A DNA stretch of 64,000 bases from Klebsiella phage Magnus. Below, piece by piece: positions 37,885 to 47,314 of the stretch. A program made the translations under genes and the position numbers. Position 1 is the stretch's first letter. Each line of letters starts with the position of its first letter. The notes below the pieces were generated by a model. The model was not told the origin of the DNA, searched no databases, and saw nothing but the letters and a program-made list of their open reading frames with translations. The DNA lies in sequence record NC_049462.1; one strand, given 5' to 3'.

Positions 37885-40077
37885 ATGAAAACGCAGTTTA
37901 ACCAATCCCAAGGCTCGACTTCACGCGAGACGAACAAAGAAGCGATTGCTCGTATCTTCGGTTTGAAGAAGTCTCAAGTCGGCTATTTGTCGACATCCAC
38001 CCCAATTGACTCATATGTCATATTGTTTGACAAAGAAACTCAGACTTGTTGGTATCGTGGTACGGCAACAGGAACACCAACATCATGGTTAGTTACAGGA
38101 AATACTTGTGTTTTGAATACCAACGCGGGGGTATTCAATTTAAACATAGCTAATTCTGGGGATATTTTAAAATCTAATTTGTCTTCTGCTATAGGTTCCT
38201 CAATGATAGGGTCTGAATGGGGAGGAACAATAAAAGATGCGATGGTATTTGTTTCTCCATCAAATTATGGCGGTGTTGCTAATGACCCTAGTTTTGACAA
38301 TTCTTCGGTCATTACGCTGGCAGCCACAAATTCAAAATTCGTAGATCTTAAAGGGTTGACTTGGTATATATCAAGCCCTATATATGTCCCCTCCGGTTGT
38401 ATAATACAAAATGGGAAAATTGTTTCTACAGCAGTAAAAGATGGCCCGTTTATGACAGGAAGTATATTTGCTCCAGGTAATTATCATCCGGTTTATGTAG
38501 ATAATATAGCCAAATCCACCGTAGGGACTTCTATCAATAGTAGTATCGTGACAGTAGATCCGACTGAATTTTCTATAGGCGAATTAGTACGCATATCTTC
38601 AACTAACGGTATCACTAACGGGTCAAATGGGTTCATACCAAAATATATGCAATTAGCCAAAATCATTGGTAAAACAAATTCTACCATTATATTGGATTCC
38701 CCTATTGAATCTAGTGATAATATGGTGTTACACAAAGCTAATAACACCTCTGTGAACGGTCGGTTTGACAAACCTCTTTTCGTTTGTGAAAACTCAATCA
38801 TACGTAATATAGAGATTGATACATGGGATTATTGGACGGCAGATTCTGCCACCTACAATGTGTTATTTGAGAATATAAAAGGCAAAGCAAAATCCGTAGT
38901 ATATGGAAATACATTTTGTAGGACAACTTTCAAGAATATTAATATTGCTTTCAGAAATAAAGCTTGTGAATTGGCGTTTGGTACGCATAACACATTACTA
39001 GAAGATATAGAATTTATTTCTAATGAAAGTGATTTTGTTATGGGTCCGGCAGAAGCGCCGACATACCTCGGCATTAGTCTTGCAGAATCAGGGCGTCATT
39101 GTACATTAGAGCGTTGGAAATTGCTTTTGGGTTCTAACGCAACTCCTCCAACAGTCTTCCGTATTTCTAGCCATTCTGATGTTATAGTCAGGAACGGTGA
39201 AATACGGATTGTTAGTAATACTAACAACGTGATGTCTGTAGAACATTATGGTGGCGAACGGTGTTCATGTGAAAACATATTATTGGAAAATATTTCTATA
39301 AATATTTCGGGTTCAGCTACAGTAGTGATGGACGTTTATAAATCCGCGGACGACTCGGTTATCAATAATGTTGAGTTTAAAAATATCTCATATTCAGGGG
39401 TTTCTCCTTCTGTTTCTCTGATCAGACAAAGGGGGACAGTGAACAATCCAGTAACTGGTATTAGAGGTTCAATAAAAACTAAAGTCACAGGAGCATTCAA
39501 CGTATCCAATGCTTCCGAATATGATTTTAAACTGTATGGACCTTTTACTTTGTCTAGCGCGATAGCGTTAGACGCATATGGGAAAATACAGTTAATAAAT
39601 TCATCCAGGACTGGATTGAAATCTCAAAATTACACGACCAGCACGATTACTCAAATAACCAGCACAGATCCTGCCAATAAGGTTTGGGGATTCAATTATC
39701 CAGCAGGTTCACTGAGGTCTTCAGATGAAATATCATTGTTTATATCAGGAAGTTATGGACAACTGAACGGGACTAAAAACATATCAGTTGGCGTCGTTGG
39801 GTCATCTGGGGAAGTGTTGACTACATTGAGCGCATTGGCTACAGAAGAAGGATTTGCCACATTTGATTTGAGATTGCGGGTGGTTTCTGATGTATATGTG
39901 CTTTTAAGTGGTTATATGATAAAGGGGAACGTTATCACTCCGGTGAGATCGTTAGTTCCTGTTAATTCATTAGCAACGAATGCTTTGGTCATGAACATAT
40001 ATGCTTGGAAGCAGAATTTAGCTGATGGGTTGGCTATCCAGAAATTAACCGCTAAGTTGGTTGATGTCACAGGTTGA
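37885..40077 (+). CDS. tailspike protein (730 aa) with a conserved N-terminal anchor domain and an AT-rich C-terminal module
   Basis: The N-terminus 'MKTQFNQSQGSTSRETNKEAIARIFGLKKSQVGYL' parallels that of the 35595 gene; a GAGGA RBS. Confidence 0.6.
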   Translation: MKTQFNQSQGSTSRETNKEAIARIFGLKKSQVGYLSTSTPIDSYVILFDKETQTCWYRGTATGTPTSWLVTGNTCVLNTNAGVFNLNIANSGDILKSNLSSAIGSSMIGSEWGGTIKDAMVFVSPSNYGGVANDPSFDNSSVITLAATNSKFVDLKGLTWYISSPIYVPSGCIIQNGKIVSTAVKDGPFMTGSIFAPGNYHPVYVDNIAKSTVGTSINSSIVTVDPTEFSIGELVRISSTNGITNGSNGFIPKYMQLAKIIGKTNSTIILDSPIESSDNMVLHKANNTSVNGRFDKPLFVCENSIIRNIEIDTWDYWTADSATYNVLFENIKGKAKSVVYGNTFCRTTFKNINIAFRNKACELAFGTHNTLLEDIEFISNESDFVMGPAEAPTYLGISLAESGRHCTLERWKLLLGSNATPPTVFRISSHSDVIVRNGEIRIVSNTNNVMSVEHYGGERCSCENILLENISINISGSATVVMDVYKSADDSVINNVEFKNISYSGVSPSVSLIRQRGTVNNPVTGIRGSIKTKVTGAFNVSNASEYDFKLYGPFTLSSAIALDAYGKIQLINSSRTGLKSQNYTTSTITQITSTDPANKVWGFNYPAGSLRSSDEISLFISGSYGQLNGTKNISVGVVGSSGEVLTTLSALATEEGFATFDLRLRVVSDVYVLLSGYMIKGNVITPVRSLVPVNSLATNALVMNIYAWKQNLADGLAIQKLTAKLVDVTG

Positions 40078-40078
40078 C

Positions 40079-40105
40079 AAAAGCCCCTTCGGGGGCTTTA
40101 TTCTT
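40079..40105 (+). terminator. Rho-independent terminator
   Basis: AAAGCCCC-TTCG-GGGGCTTT followed by ATTCTTC. Confidence 0.6.
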
Positions 40106-40127
40106 CATACGATGGGTTGTGTGGTAT

Positions 40128-40135
40128 ACTAAATA
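40128..40135 (+). promoter_or_regulatory. late-promoter-like motif CTAAATAA
   Basis: 35 nt upstream of ATG 40170. Confidence 0.35.
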
Positions 40136-40169
40136 ATTCCAAGACAAAACTCTATAGATGGAGTACAAA

Positions 40170-43100
40170 ATGCAACAATTGAATCTTAACCGCCGCCCGT
40201 ATTGGGACGACTGGAATCCAGAGAAGCGTTTCAGCCGCATCCTGTTCCGCCCGAATCCAATCAAAGTACAGACTCGTGAGCTGAACCAGCTGCAGACTAT
40301 CCTACAGGATCAAATTGAGAAGATCGGTAATCATCTTTTCAAAGACGGTTCCATGGTAATCCCAGGCGGTTTGACTATTACCAATTCGGCTGTATCCATG
40401 AAGTTCCAGCTGGCGGGTGGGAGCGAATTCACTGACCTGGAAGGCATTCAAGAACTGTATGTGATTGGCAAAGACAACAACGCCAAGGCCCGTGTATTGT
40501 CTCTGGAACGCTACACCAGTGAACCGGATATGATGTTCTGTATCCTGGAAATGACCGAGTCCGGCACTGCCGATGGATTCAGCCCGAACGATAATCTGTA
40601 CTTCAACACTTATGATGTGAATGATAACTTCATCCGCATCGGTTATGGTGTTGCTCAGACTGTCGGTGGTTCTATTGTTGCTCGGATGACCAAAGGCGTC
40701 TATTTCGTTCGTGGGTTCTTCCTCGACGTTGACGATGATATGTTGGTCGTCAACAAATATGCAAACAACACCAGCCATCGCGTCGGGTTCAAAGTTACTG
40801 AAGAAATCGTGACTGAAGAGCAAGATAGTAGCCTGTTCTCCAATGCCCAGGGTACACCGAACACCAAAGCGCCGGGCGCTCATCGCCTTCGTTTGGATCT
40901 GAGTCTTCAGGCGTTTGATTATGACGCAGAAGTCGAAGATTTCGTTGAGCTGGCGAAGATCAAAGACGGTAAAATCCAGTCTATGGTCACCCAATCGACA
41001 TACAATATCCTCGAAGACACTATGGCCCAGCGCACCTACGAGCAAGCTGGTGACTACAACGTGTCTACTCACCAGATAGACCTTCGTGAACACCTGAAAG
41101 AAAACAACAATGGTGGGGTTTATACTCCGTCCGAAGGTGGCGATGAAAGCAAACTGGTTGCGGTAATGAAGCCGGGCATTTCTTATGTCCGTGGTCGTCG
41201 TATTGAGAACGTCGGGGAAGAACTCGTCATCATTGATAAGGCGCGTGATACAGACCTCCTGAACAACACACCAGTTGCTGTAGCGACAGGTAATTTCCTG
41301 ACGACCAAGAACTCTAAAGGTGTTCCTGTTATCAGCCGTAGTATTCGCTACAAATTGCTGAATGCTTCTGGTGTTACTCAAGCGACTGCCCTGTGTATCT
41401 CCGTTGACCGTACCGGGACGGAATTCCGTCTGTATATGCGTGACCTGGTCGTCACTGGTGATATGAGCACGGTCACCAAGGTCGCTTACGAAGAAAGCGG
41501 GACCACGATGTTCTCGGCAGCGTTGGAAACTAATCAGTTCTCACAAAGTTCATCTATGGACCTCATATTTGAACTGCCTGTGTTTGGCGTGAAAACTCTG
41601 GCACCGACCGGGACGATTGATATCAACTACACCGTCTTGCGGTCTTACAAAATTACACTGGACGCATCAGGCAATGGTTCTATATCCGCACCGCTGGGAT
41701 ACAGCTTTTCTCCGGAATTTTCTCTGTATTCCGGGGCTAAATCTGACGGAACCGCCGCCCAGATCGATATCTCCAGCAGCCTGTCTCTGACCGGTACGCC
41801 TGTTGGGTCGGCTCTGCAGATTTCTCTGGGTTCCGGTAATGCTCTGCAGTCTATCAACCTGTTGGCGCTGATGGTACGCACCACTGCTATCATCAAAACC
41901 AAAACTGTTACGACGGCGACTGAGACTGTGACCTTCACCAACCAGGCCAGCATCCAGCTTGCGAACCATGACGGCTACAAATTGACTTCCGTCAAAAATG
42001 CCAATGGCGCTGACGTGACCTCTAACTTCACTCTGGATGGCGGGCAGCGTGATGCGGCGTATTACAAGTCCAGTCTGATATCGGCTACTGGAGCTATTTC
42101 AGGGGCGTATACGGTGGAATACACGTATTTCGCTCACAGTACTGGTGACTTCTTTACGGCTGATTCGTATACTTCGATTGATTACAAATCAATCCCGAGT
42201 TATACGTCAAGCACGTCTGGTACAGTGTATGGCCTGGCCGACAGTATTGACTTCCGTCCTAAAATCACCAACGGGGCGTCTGATACTGATATGGTGCGGC
42301 CCAATACGGCTATCATCATGGACGTTGAATATTATCTGCCTCGGATTGATGCTGTGTACCTGGCAGACAACGGCGTTTTCAACGTTGCTCGTGGTATCAG
42401 TTCGAACAACCTGGCGGCTCCGGCTATCCCGGCAAACGCCATGCGTTTATATGAACTGTTGATCCCTCCGTATACTCCGGATATTGACGATATCCAGATC
42501 CGCACTATCGACAATCGCCGCTACACAATGCGTGACATCGGTAAACTGGACACCCGTATATCGAACGTCGAGTACTACACGACGCTGTCTCAGCTGGAAT
42601 CTTCGGCTATGACCCAGCAAGTATTCGATCCGGTAACAGGCAACCCACGCTACAAAAATGGTATCGCCGCCGACCCGTTCAAAGACTTCCGTCTGATCGA
42701 CGATTTGTCTCCCGACTGGATGGGTTCTGTAGATACTGATAATGGTCGTCTGCGCCCGTTTGTACAACAAAACGCGATTGATCTGGTTCCAGATGGTTGG
42801 AACAAGGTTATGGACGGCATGGTTGTGTGTCAATACACTCCGGAAATTTCTGTCAATCAGGAATATGCGACGACGACGATCAACGTCAACCCGTATGCTG
42901 TGTTCAACTGGACGGGTTTCCTCAAACTCAATCCGACAACAGATTACTGGTTTGAAAACTACTATGTTGCGCCTCGTGTTATCAACGAGACGATCAATAC
43001 CCGTGGTGCCGTTCAAGAAGGTACGGTTTACGGTACATGGCGGACAGTTTCTGTTTCTGAGCGGGTATGGGAACCGCATGGCGCGGGCGGCGTTTGGTGG

Positions 43101-45008
43101 GGTTATCGTTATCGGACCACTGTGTCTACGCGCGACGTTTCGACTTATACGTACACGGATACTACCACCACTTCACTTTCTGGTGAACAGATTGTTGAGA
43201 CGCAGGTTATTCCGTACATGCGTTCGATCGAAATCAACTTTGACGCCAGCGGCTTGCGTCCGTTTACTCGGATGTATGCCTTCTTCTCTGGTCGGGATGT
43301 GAACCTGTATTGCAAACCGAACGGTGGGGCATACGGCGCAGCGCTGACAACAGATGCCAACGGTAATTTGAAAGGTGTGTTCAAAGTTCCACAGAATAAC
43401 ACCATTAAGTTCAATACTGGCGACAACGTCTTCCGTCTTACTGATAGTCCAGTGGATAGCAAGTCTGCTGATGATACTTTGACGAATGCCGAGATTGTTC
43501 ATAAATCATTCGGTAAGAAACAAGGTATCCAGAAGACTTATGTTAACACTCGTGTTCTGGGTTACACTGTATCAACTAAATCTGAAACGACTTCGTCTGA
43601 AGCCGTTGTTGGTCAGTGGCGAGATCCTATCGCACAGTCATTCATGGTCGCAACCAGCATTGGTGGTGAATATATTGAAGGTGTGGAAGTGTTCTTCTCA
43701 ACCAAGTCTCGAGATGTGCCAGTAACTCTGGAAATCCGTGAGATGAGCAATGGCCTCCCAGCGAGCACGGTCATCACCCGGAAAACTTTGAATCCATCTG
43801 ACGTCAAAGTATCGAATGATTCATCCCTCGGGACGAAATTCACTTTCGATTATCCGGTGTATCTGCAGGCAGGCACAGAGTTTGCTATCGTTCTGCTGGC
43901 AAACACCCAGGATTACAATGCTTACATCGCAGAGATGGGCAAAAAGAACTTGCTGTCGAATGAATATATCGCCAAACAGCCTTATACTGGTGTGTTCTTC
44001 ACTTCTTCAAACGGTTCAACCTGGTCTCCAAACCAAATGGCGGATATGAAATTCCGTGTGTATCGTTGTAATTTTGCTGCCGCTGATAACGTGGTGACAT
44101 TTACCCCGAACGCCGGGCCTAAAATTCGTCCTCTGGGTCTGAACGTCCTGAACTGCGTCAATGGTTCTACTGTTGTGACTGTTTACGCTCCTGGTCATGG
44201 TCTGGTTGCGGGTAACTCCGTGACGTTGTCAGAACTGACAGGCGGCTGCGGCTTTACAGCAGAGCAACTGAATAAAGTTCACACCGTCACGGATGCGAGC
44301 TATACTTCATTCAAGATTGATGTTGGCGCAGCGGCAGACAGCGATGGACAGATTGGTGGTGAAGATGGTTCTTTCTTGGGCAATTACCTGGTGGATATGT
44401 TCTATGCCAGCGTGACCAATTCAGCTCTGGAAGGTTCTATATTGAAACTGGAATACCGTTATCGTGATTCTACTTCCAATTCTATGTCTGATTGGGCCGA
44501 GTTTGAATCTGATACTGATGTTCCTCTGCCGACAGAAGGCATTTATCGTCAGGCCGGGGACTTCCAGGTGAGAGCCACCATGACTCGCAGCGCGAGCAAT
44601 GCGTACACGGCACCAATGATTGATGGTGATGACTTAACCGTGGTTCTCAACTCGCATGGCGTAGATCCTTTCGAGGACGTTTTCCGCTATGTGACCAAGG
44701 ACGTAAGTTTTGACAACCCGTGTACAACTTTGAAAATGTACTTCGGCGCGATGTTGCCTTCTCAGTCCACCATGACTGTACAGGTCAAACTTCTGCGCCC
44801 AGGGCAAGAAATGGATTCGATCGAATGGGAAACGGTTACACCGAATTCTCCTCTGGTCAACGATGGTTCCGCATTCTTTGAATATGAATACGATAAGACC
44901 GTCGACAGCAACAGTCCATTTTCAGCCCTGAAAGTCAGAGCATTAATTCGCGGAAGCCGGATAGTCCCACCTTCCTGCAAAGATTTCCGCTTGATCGCTC
45001 TGGCATAA
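40170..45008 (+). CDS. very large virion structural protein (1612 aa), probably a baseplate-associated fiber/scaffold on which the tailspikes may dock
   Basis: Longest ORF in the window; sits between the tailspike cluster and gp13; GC-normal composition. No T4 gp7 similarity recognised; start taken at MQQLNL (GGAG RBS). Confidence 0.55.
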   Translation: MQQLNLNRRPYWDDWNPEKRFSRILFRPNPIKVQTRELNQLQTILQDQIEKIGNHLFKDGSMVIPGGLTITNSAVSMKFQLAGGSEFTDLEGIQELYVIGKDNNAKARVLSLERYTSEPDMMFCILEMTESGTADGFSPNDNLYFNTYDVNDNFIRIGYGVAQTVGGSIVARMTKGVYFVRGFFLDVDDDMLVVNKYANNTSHRVGFKVTEEIVTEEQDSSLFSNAQGTPNTKAPGAHRLRLDLSLQAFDYDAEVEDFVELAKIKDGKIQSMVTQSTYNILEDTMAQRTYEQAGDYNVSTHQIDLREHLKENNNGGVYTPSEGGDESKLVAVMKPGISYVRGRRIENVGEELVIIDKARDTDLLNNTPVAVATGNFLTTKNSKGVPVISRSIRYKLLNASGVTQATALCISVDRTGTEFRLYMRDLVVTGDMSTVTKVAYEESGTTMFSAALETNQFSQSSSMDLIFELPVFGVKTLAPTGTIDINYTVLRSYKITLDASGNGSISAPLGYSFSPEFSLYSGAKSDGTAAQIDISSSLSLTGTPVGSALQISLGSGNALQSINLLALMVRTTAIIKTKTVTTATETVTFTNQASIQLANHDGYKLTSVKNANGADVTSNFTLDGGQRDAAYYKSSLISATGAISGAYTVEYTYFAHSTGDFFTADSYTSIDYKSIPSYTSSTSGTVYGLADSIDFRPKITNGASDTDMVRPNTAIIMDVEYYLPRIDAVYLADNGVFNVARGISSNNLAAPAIPANAMRLYELLIPPYTPDIDDIQIRTIDNRRYTMRDIGKLDTRISNVEYYTTLSQLESSAMTQQVFDPVTGNPRYKNGIAADPFKDFRLIDDLSPDWMGSVDTDNGRLRPFVQQNAIDLVPDGWNKVMDGMVVCQYTPEISVNQEYATTTINVNPYAVFNWTGFLKLNPTTDYWFENYYVAPRVINETINTRGAVQEGTVYGTWRTVSVSERVWEPHGAGGVWWGYRYRTTVSTRDVSTYTYTDTTTTSLSGEQIVETQVIPYMRSIEINFDASGLRPFTRMYAFFSGRDVNLYCKPNGGAYGAALTTDANGNLKGVFKVPQNNTIKFNTGDNVFRLTDSPVDSKSADDTLTNAEIVHKSFGKKQGIQKTYVNTRVLGYTVSTKSETTSSEAVVGQWRDPIAQSFMVATSIGGEYIEGVEVFFSTKSRDVPVTLEIREMSNGLPASTVITRKTLNPSDVKVSNDSSLGTKFTFDYPVYLQAGTEFAIVLLANTQDYNAYIAEMGKKNLLSNEYIAKQPYTGVFFTSSNGSTWSPNQMADMKFRVYRCNFAAADNVVTFTPNAGPKIRPLGLNVLNCVNGSTVVTVYAPGHGLVAGNSVTLSELTGGCGFTAEQLNKVHTVTDASYTSFKIDVGAAADSDGQIGGEDGSFLGNYLVDMFYASVTNSALEGSILKLEYRYRDSTSNSMSDWAEFESDTDVPLPTEGIYRQAGDFQVRATMTRSASNAYTAPMIDGDDLTVVLNSHGVDPFEDVFRYVTKDVSFDNPCTTLKMYFGAMLPSQSTMTVQVKLLRPGQEMDSIEWETVTPNSPLVNDGSAFFEYEYDKTVDSNSPFSALKVRALIRGSRIVPPSCKDFRLIALA

Positions 45009-45022
45009 ATAAAATTGAAATG

Positions 45023-45044
45023 GCGGGGATTCCCCCGCCCTCTT
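45023..45044 (+). terminator. terminator-like hairpin
   Basis: GGCGGGG-ATTC-CCCCGCC followed by CTCTTGA (weak U-tract). Confidence 0.4.
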
Positions 45045-45052
45045 GAGAGGAT

Positions 45053-45307
45053 ATGTGTATGCGTGGAATGAAAGTACAGGGGCACGCATCAATGGTACGC
45101 AGTAGCTCTTGCCCCGGAGCAATCATCTGCACTGACCATGTTGCTGGAATGGCGGCGCTTCGGTCTCGCCAAGATACTGAACAAAGAGAGGCTAAGATTG
45201 CTCAGCAATCAGCCCAAATTGATCAGCTTGAAGCAACCGTTAAAATGTTGGCAGAAAAACTCGGGATTACAATCCCGGACGGGGGCGAAAATGACAACGC
45301 AGAATAA
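45053..45307 (+). CDS. small hypothetical protein (84 aa)
   Basis: ORF with a GAGAGGA RBS; the C-terminal half is coiled-coil-like. Confidence 0.4.
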   Translation: MCMRGMKVQGHASMVRSSSCPGAIICTDHVAGMAALRSRQDTEQREAKIAQQSAQIDQLEATVKMLAEKLGITIPDGGENDNAE

Positions 45308-45629
45308 CAGCTTGTTTAATGTTAAGGAAATCTTGACTGCTGCCGTTGCATCGTTGTTAGTCTCTTCTGCGACATTCGTATGGTTTATGGGTGGATTAGA
45401 AAACCGTGTGAATGTTCTGGAAAAAGACTCTGGGAAAGTTGACCAGATTTTGGTTAAGGTTAATGATCTCAGTGAAAGGATGGCCGTCATGAACAACGAT
45501 ATATCCTACGTTAAACAAAACGTGTCAGAATTGAAATTAAACAGCAGCAGCCTTTCTGACGACGTTAGAACATTGCGCCTGACTGTTTCAGATATACAGC
45601 GCAAGGAGGGTGTCAATGGCCGTCAATAA
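45291..45629 (+). CDS. membrane-anchored coiled-coil protein (112 aa)
   Basis: One TM helix 'ILTAAVASLLVSSATFVWFMG', then a heptad-like region. Occupies the position held by wac/fibritin in T4 but is unrelated in sequence. Confidence 0.45.
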   Translation: MTTQNNSLFNVKEILTAAVASLLVSSATFVWFMGGLENRVNVLEKDSGKVDQILVKVNDLSERMAVMNNDISYVKQNVSELKLNSSSLSDDVRTLRLTVSDIQRKEGVNGRQ

Positions 45630-46368
45630 GATTCGGGACAAAGATTCATTTATGAATTATGTCCTTCGCAAATTGGGTGCGCCTGTCATCCAGATCAACC
45701 TCGACAAAACACAAGTTGAAGACGCGGTTGATGATGCTTTACAGAAGTTTTGGGAGTACCATCGCGACGGTAGCCAAGATGCATTCTTCCTTTACCAGGT
45801 GAAGCAGGAAGACATCGATAAAGGATATATCACCTTTCCAGAAGATATCGATGACGTTGTCGAAGTTATCCAAGGGCCACCAATTGAATCTATCGGTAAC
45901 TGGGCAACCCCCCAGTGGCAGATGGCTCAGGCGATGTTAGTGCCCAAAGCTGCTTTGGTATCTATCCGTCTTATCGATTATGTTGCTATGCAGCAGCGCC
46001 TTTCCGATATCACCAGCGTCCTCAATGTCCGCAGGGCATTCGTCTACAAGAAATTCCAGCGCCGTCTGTATCCTCAATTCTCAGCTGTTATCGATGAAGT
46101 CCTGGCGTTCAAGTGCTACCAGAACATCGACCCAACAGCGGAAGAGAACACAGAAGCGTGGAATGATATGTGGCTGAAGGCTTATGCGACCGCATTGGTA
46201 AAACGCCGTTGGGCGGAAGTGCTCAAAAAAGCCCGAGGCATCCGTCTCCCTGGCGGGATAGAACTGGATGGTGATAGTATGTTCAGCGAGGCCGAGGCAG
46301 AGATCGAGCGTCTGGAGGAAGAACTGCGTACTGGTCAGCAGTACCCGATCGACTTCTTTATGGGATAA
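45616..46368 (+). CDS. 13: neck protein, T4 gp13-like
   Basis: 'VLRKLGAPVIQINLDKTQVEDAVDDALQKFWEYHRDG' matches T4 gp13 '[37 protein letters not shown]'. Confidence 0.8.
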   Translation: MAVNKIRDKDSFMNYVLRKLGAPVIQINLDKTQVEDAVDDALQKFWEYHRDGSQDAFFLYQVKQEDIDKGYITFPEDIDDVVEVIQGPPIESIGNWATPQWQMAQAMLVPKAALVSIRLIDYVAMQQRLSDITSVLNVRRAFVYKKFQRRLYPQFSAVIDEVLAFKCYQNIDPTAEENTEAWNDMWLKAYATALVKRRWAEVLKKARGIRLPGGIELDGDSMFSEAEAEIERLEEELRTGQQYPIDFFMG

Positions 46369-46371
46369 CAA

Positions 46372-46400
46372 AAAGCCGGGGTTTCCCGGCTTTATTTTAG
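46372..46400 (+). terminator. Rho-independent terminator
   Basis: AAAGCCGGG-GTTT-CCCGGCTTT followed by ATTTTAG. Confidence 0.6.
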
Positions 46401-46609
46401 AGTTTGATATCCCGAGGCCCAGGGAGCGAAGTCGCCTGAATATACCCATCATGGACGTTATTACTGTCCCACCATTCAATGAAATCATTCCCGTCAGATT
46501 GTTTTACCAAACCGACGATATCATAATCACCACCTGAGATTTTAGCATCCACACAGATGATTCTTACTCGACTTCCATCACGAGTTTCCTTGATGTCTTC
46601 AACCTGCAT
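46397..46609 (-). CDS. reverse-oriented small protein (70 aa) inside the late structural block
   Basis: ORF with a GAGGA RBS 9 nt upstream on the minus strand; fills the gp13-gp14 intergenic gap. Confidence 0.35.
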   Translation of the reverse strand: MQVEDIKETRDGSRVRIICVDAKISGGDYDIVGLVKQSDGNDFIEWWDSNNVHDGYIQATSLPGPRDIKL

Positions 46610-46640
46610 TCGTCAATTCCTCAATAGAATTAAACATCGA

Positions 46641-46648
46641 CTAAATAC
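46641..46648 (+). promoter_or_regulatory. late-promoter-like motif CTAAATAC
   Basis: 23 nt upstream of gp14 ATG 46671. Confidence 0.4.
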
Positions 46649-46670
46649 CTTCAAAATTGAGGGTATAGTC

Positions 46671-47312
46671 ATGGCCACTTCAAAATATTTCAACTACACG
46701 AACCACCAAGGCACGCAGAAGTTAATTGATGACCTCGTGGTGGAGATGATACAATTACGTGGGATCGACGTCAAGTATATTCCACGCGCCATTTATGAAA
46801 AATACCCAATTTTAAACGAGGCAGAACACCGTTTCGACCAGGCGTTTGATATTGAGGTCTATATGCAGGATTATCAGGGCTTCAACACCCAAATGTGGGA
46901 GAAGTTCGGCGGTATCCAGCTACAAGATGAGGTGACATTTACTATCGCCCGTCGCCGCTTTGCGGAAGTTATTGGCAACGGGCCAGGACTGGATCAACAA
47001 CCTCAGGAAGGGGATCTTATTTATCTTCCGATGGCGAATAAAATATTCAAGGTCAACAACCCGAATAATGACGAAGACTTCATGCAATTCGGTAAATGGT
47101 ACACATATTCATTACCATGTACCTTGTTCCAGTATGGCAACGAAGACTTCGATACTGGTGTCCCTGAAATTGATGATATTGATAAACGTCTTCAAGATCT
47201 TGAAGGTGATGGCATTTATCAGGATGCCACCCTACAGACAGACAACCAGTTTGCTGATGAGATAGAAGAAGATCTGTCTACCAATAATGTCAAAATAGAC
47301 TTTGGAGAATAA
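46671..47312 (+). CDS. 14: neck protein, T4 gp14-like (214 aa)
   Basis: Follows gp13 as in T4; start chosen at MATSKYF. Confidence 0.6.
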   Translation: MATSKYFNYTNHQGTQKLIDDLVVEMIQLRGIDVKYIPRAIYEKYPILNEAEHRFDQAFDIEVYMQDYQGFNTQMWEKFGGIQLQDEVTFTIARRRFAEVIGNGPGLDQQPQEGDLIYLPMANKIFKVNNPNNDEDFMQFGKWYTYSLPCTLFQYGNEDFDTGVPEIDDIDKRLQDLEGDGIYQDATLQTDNQFADEIEEDLSTNNVKIDFGE

Positions 47313-47314
47313 CC

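Noticed and set aside
40302-41381. 359-aa minus-strand ORF inside the 1612-aa structural gene; similar long antisense ORFs at 51375-52532 (inside gp18), 58209-59465 (inside gp23), 54490-55344 (inside the portal gene) and 7677-8483 (inside the 405-aa gene)
   Set aside because: They are shadow ORFs, entirely contained in well-supported genes on the opposite strand, with non-protein-like composition.
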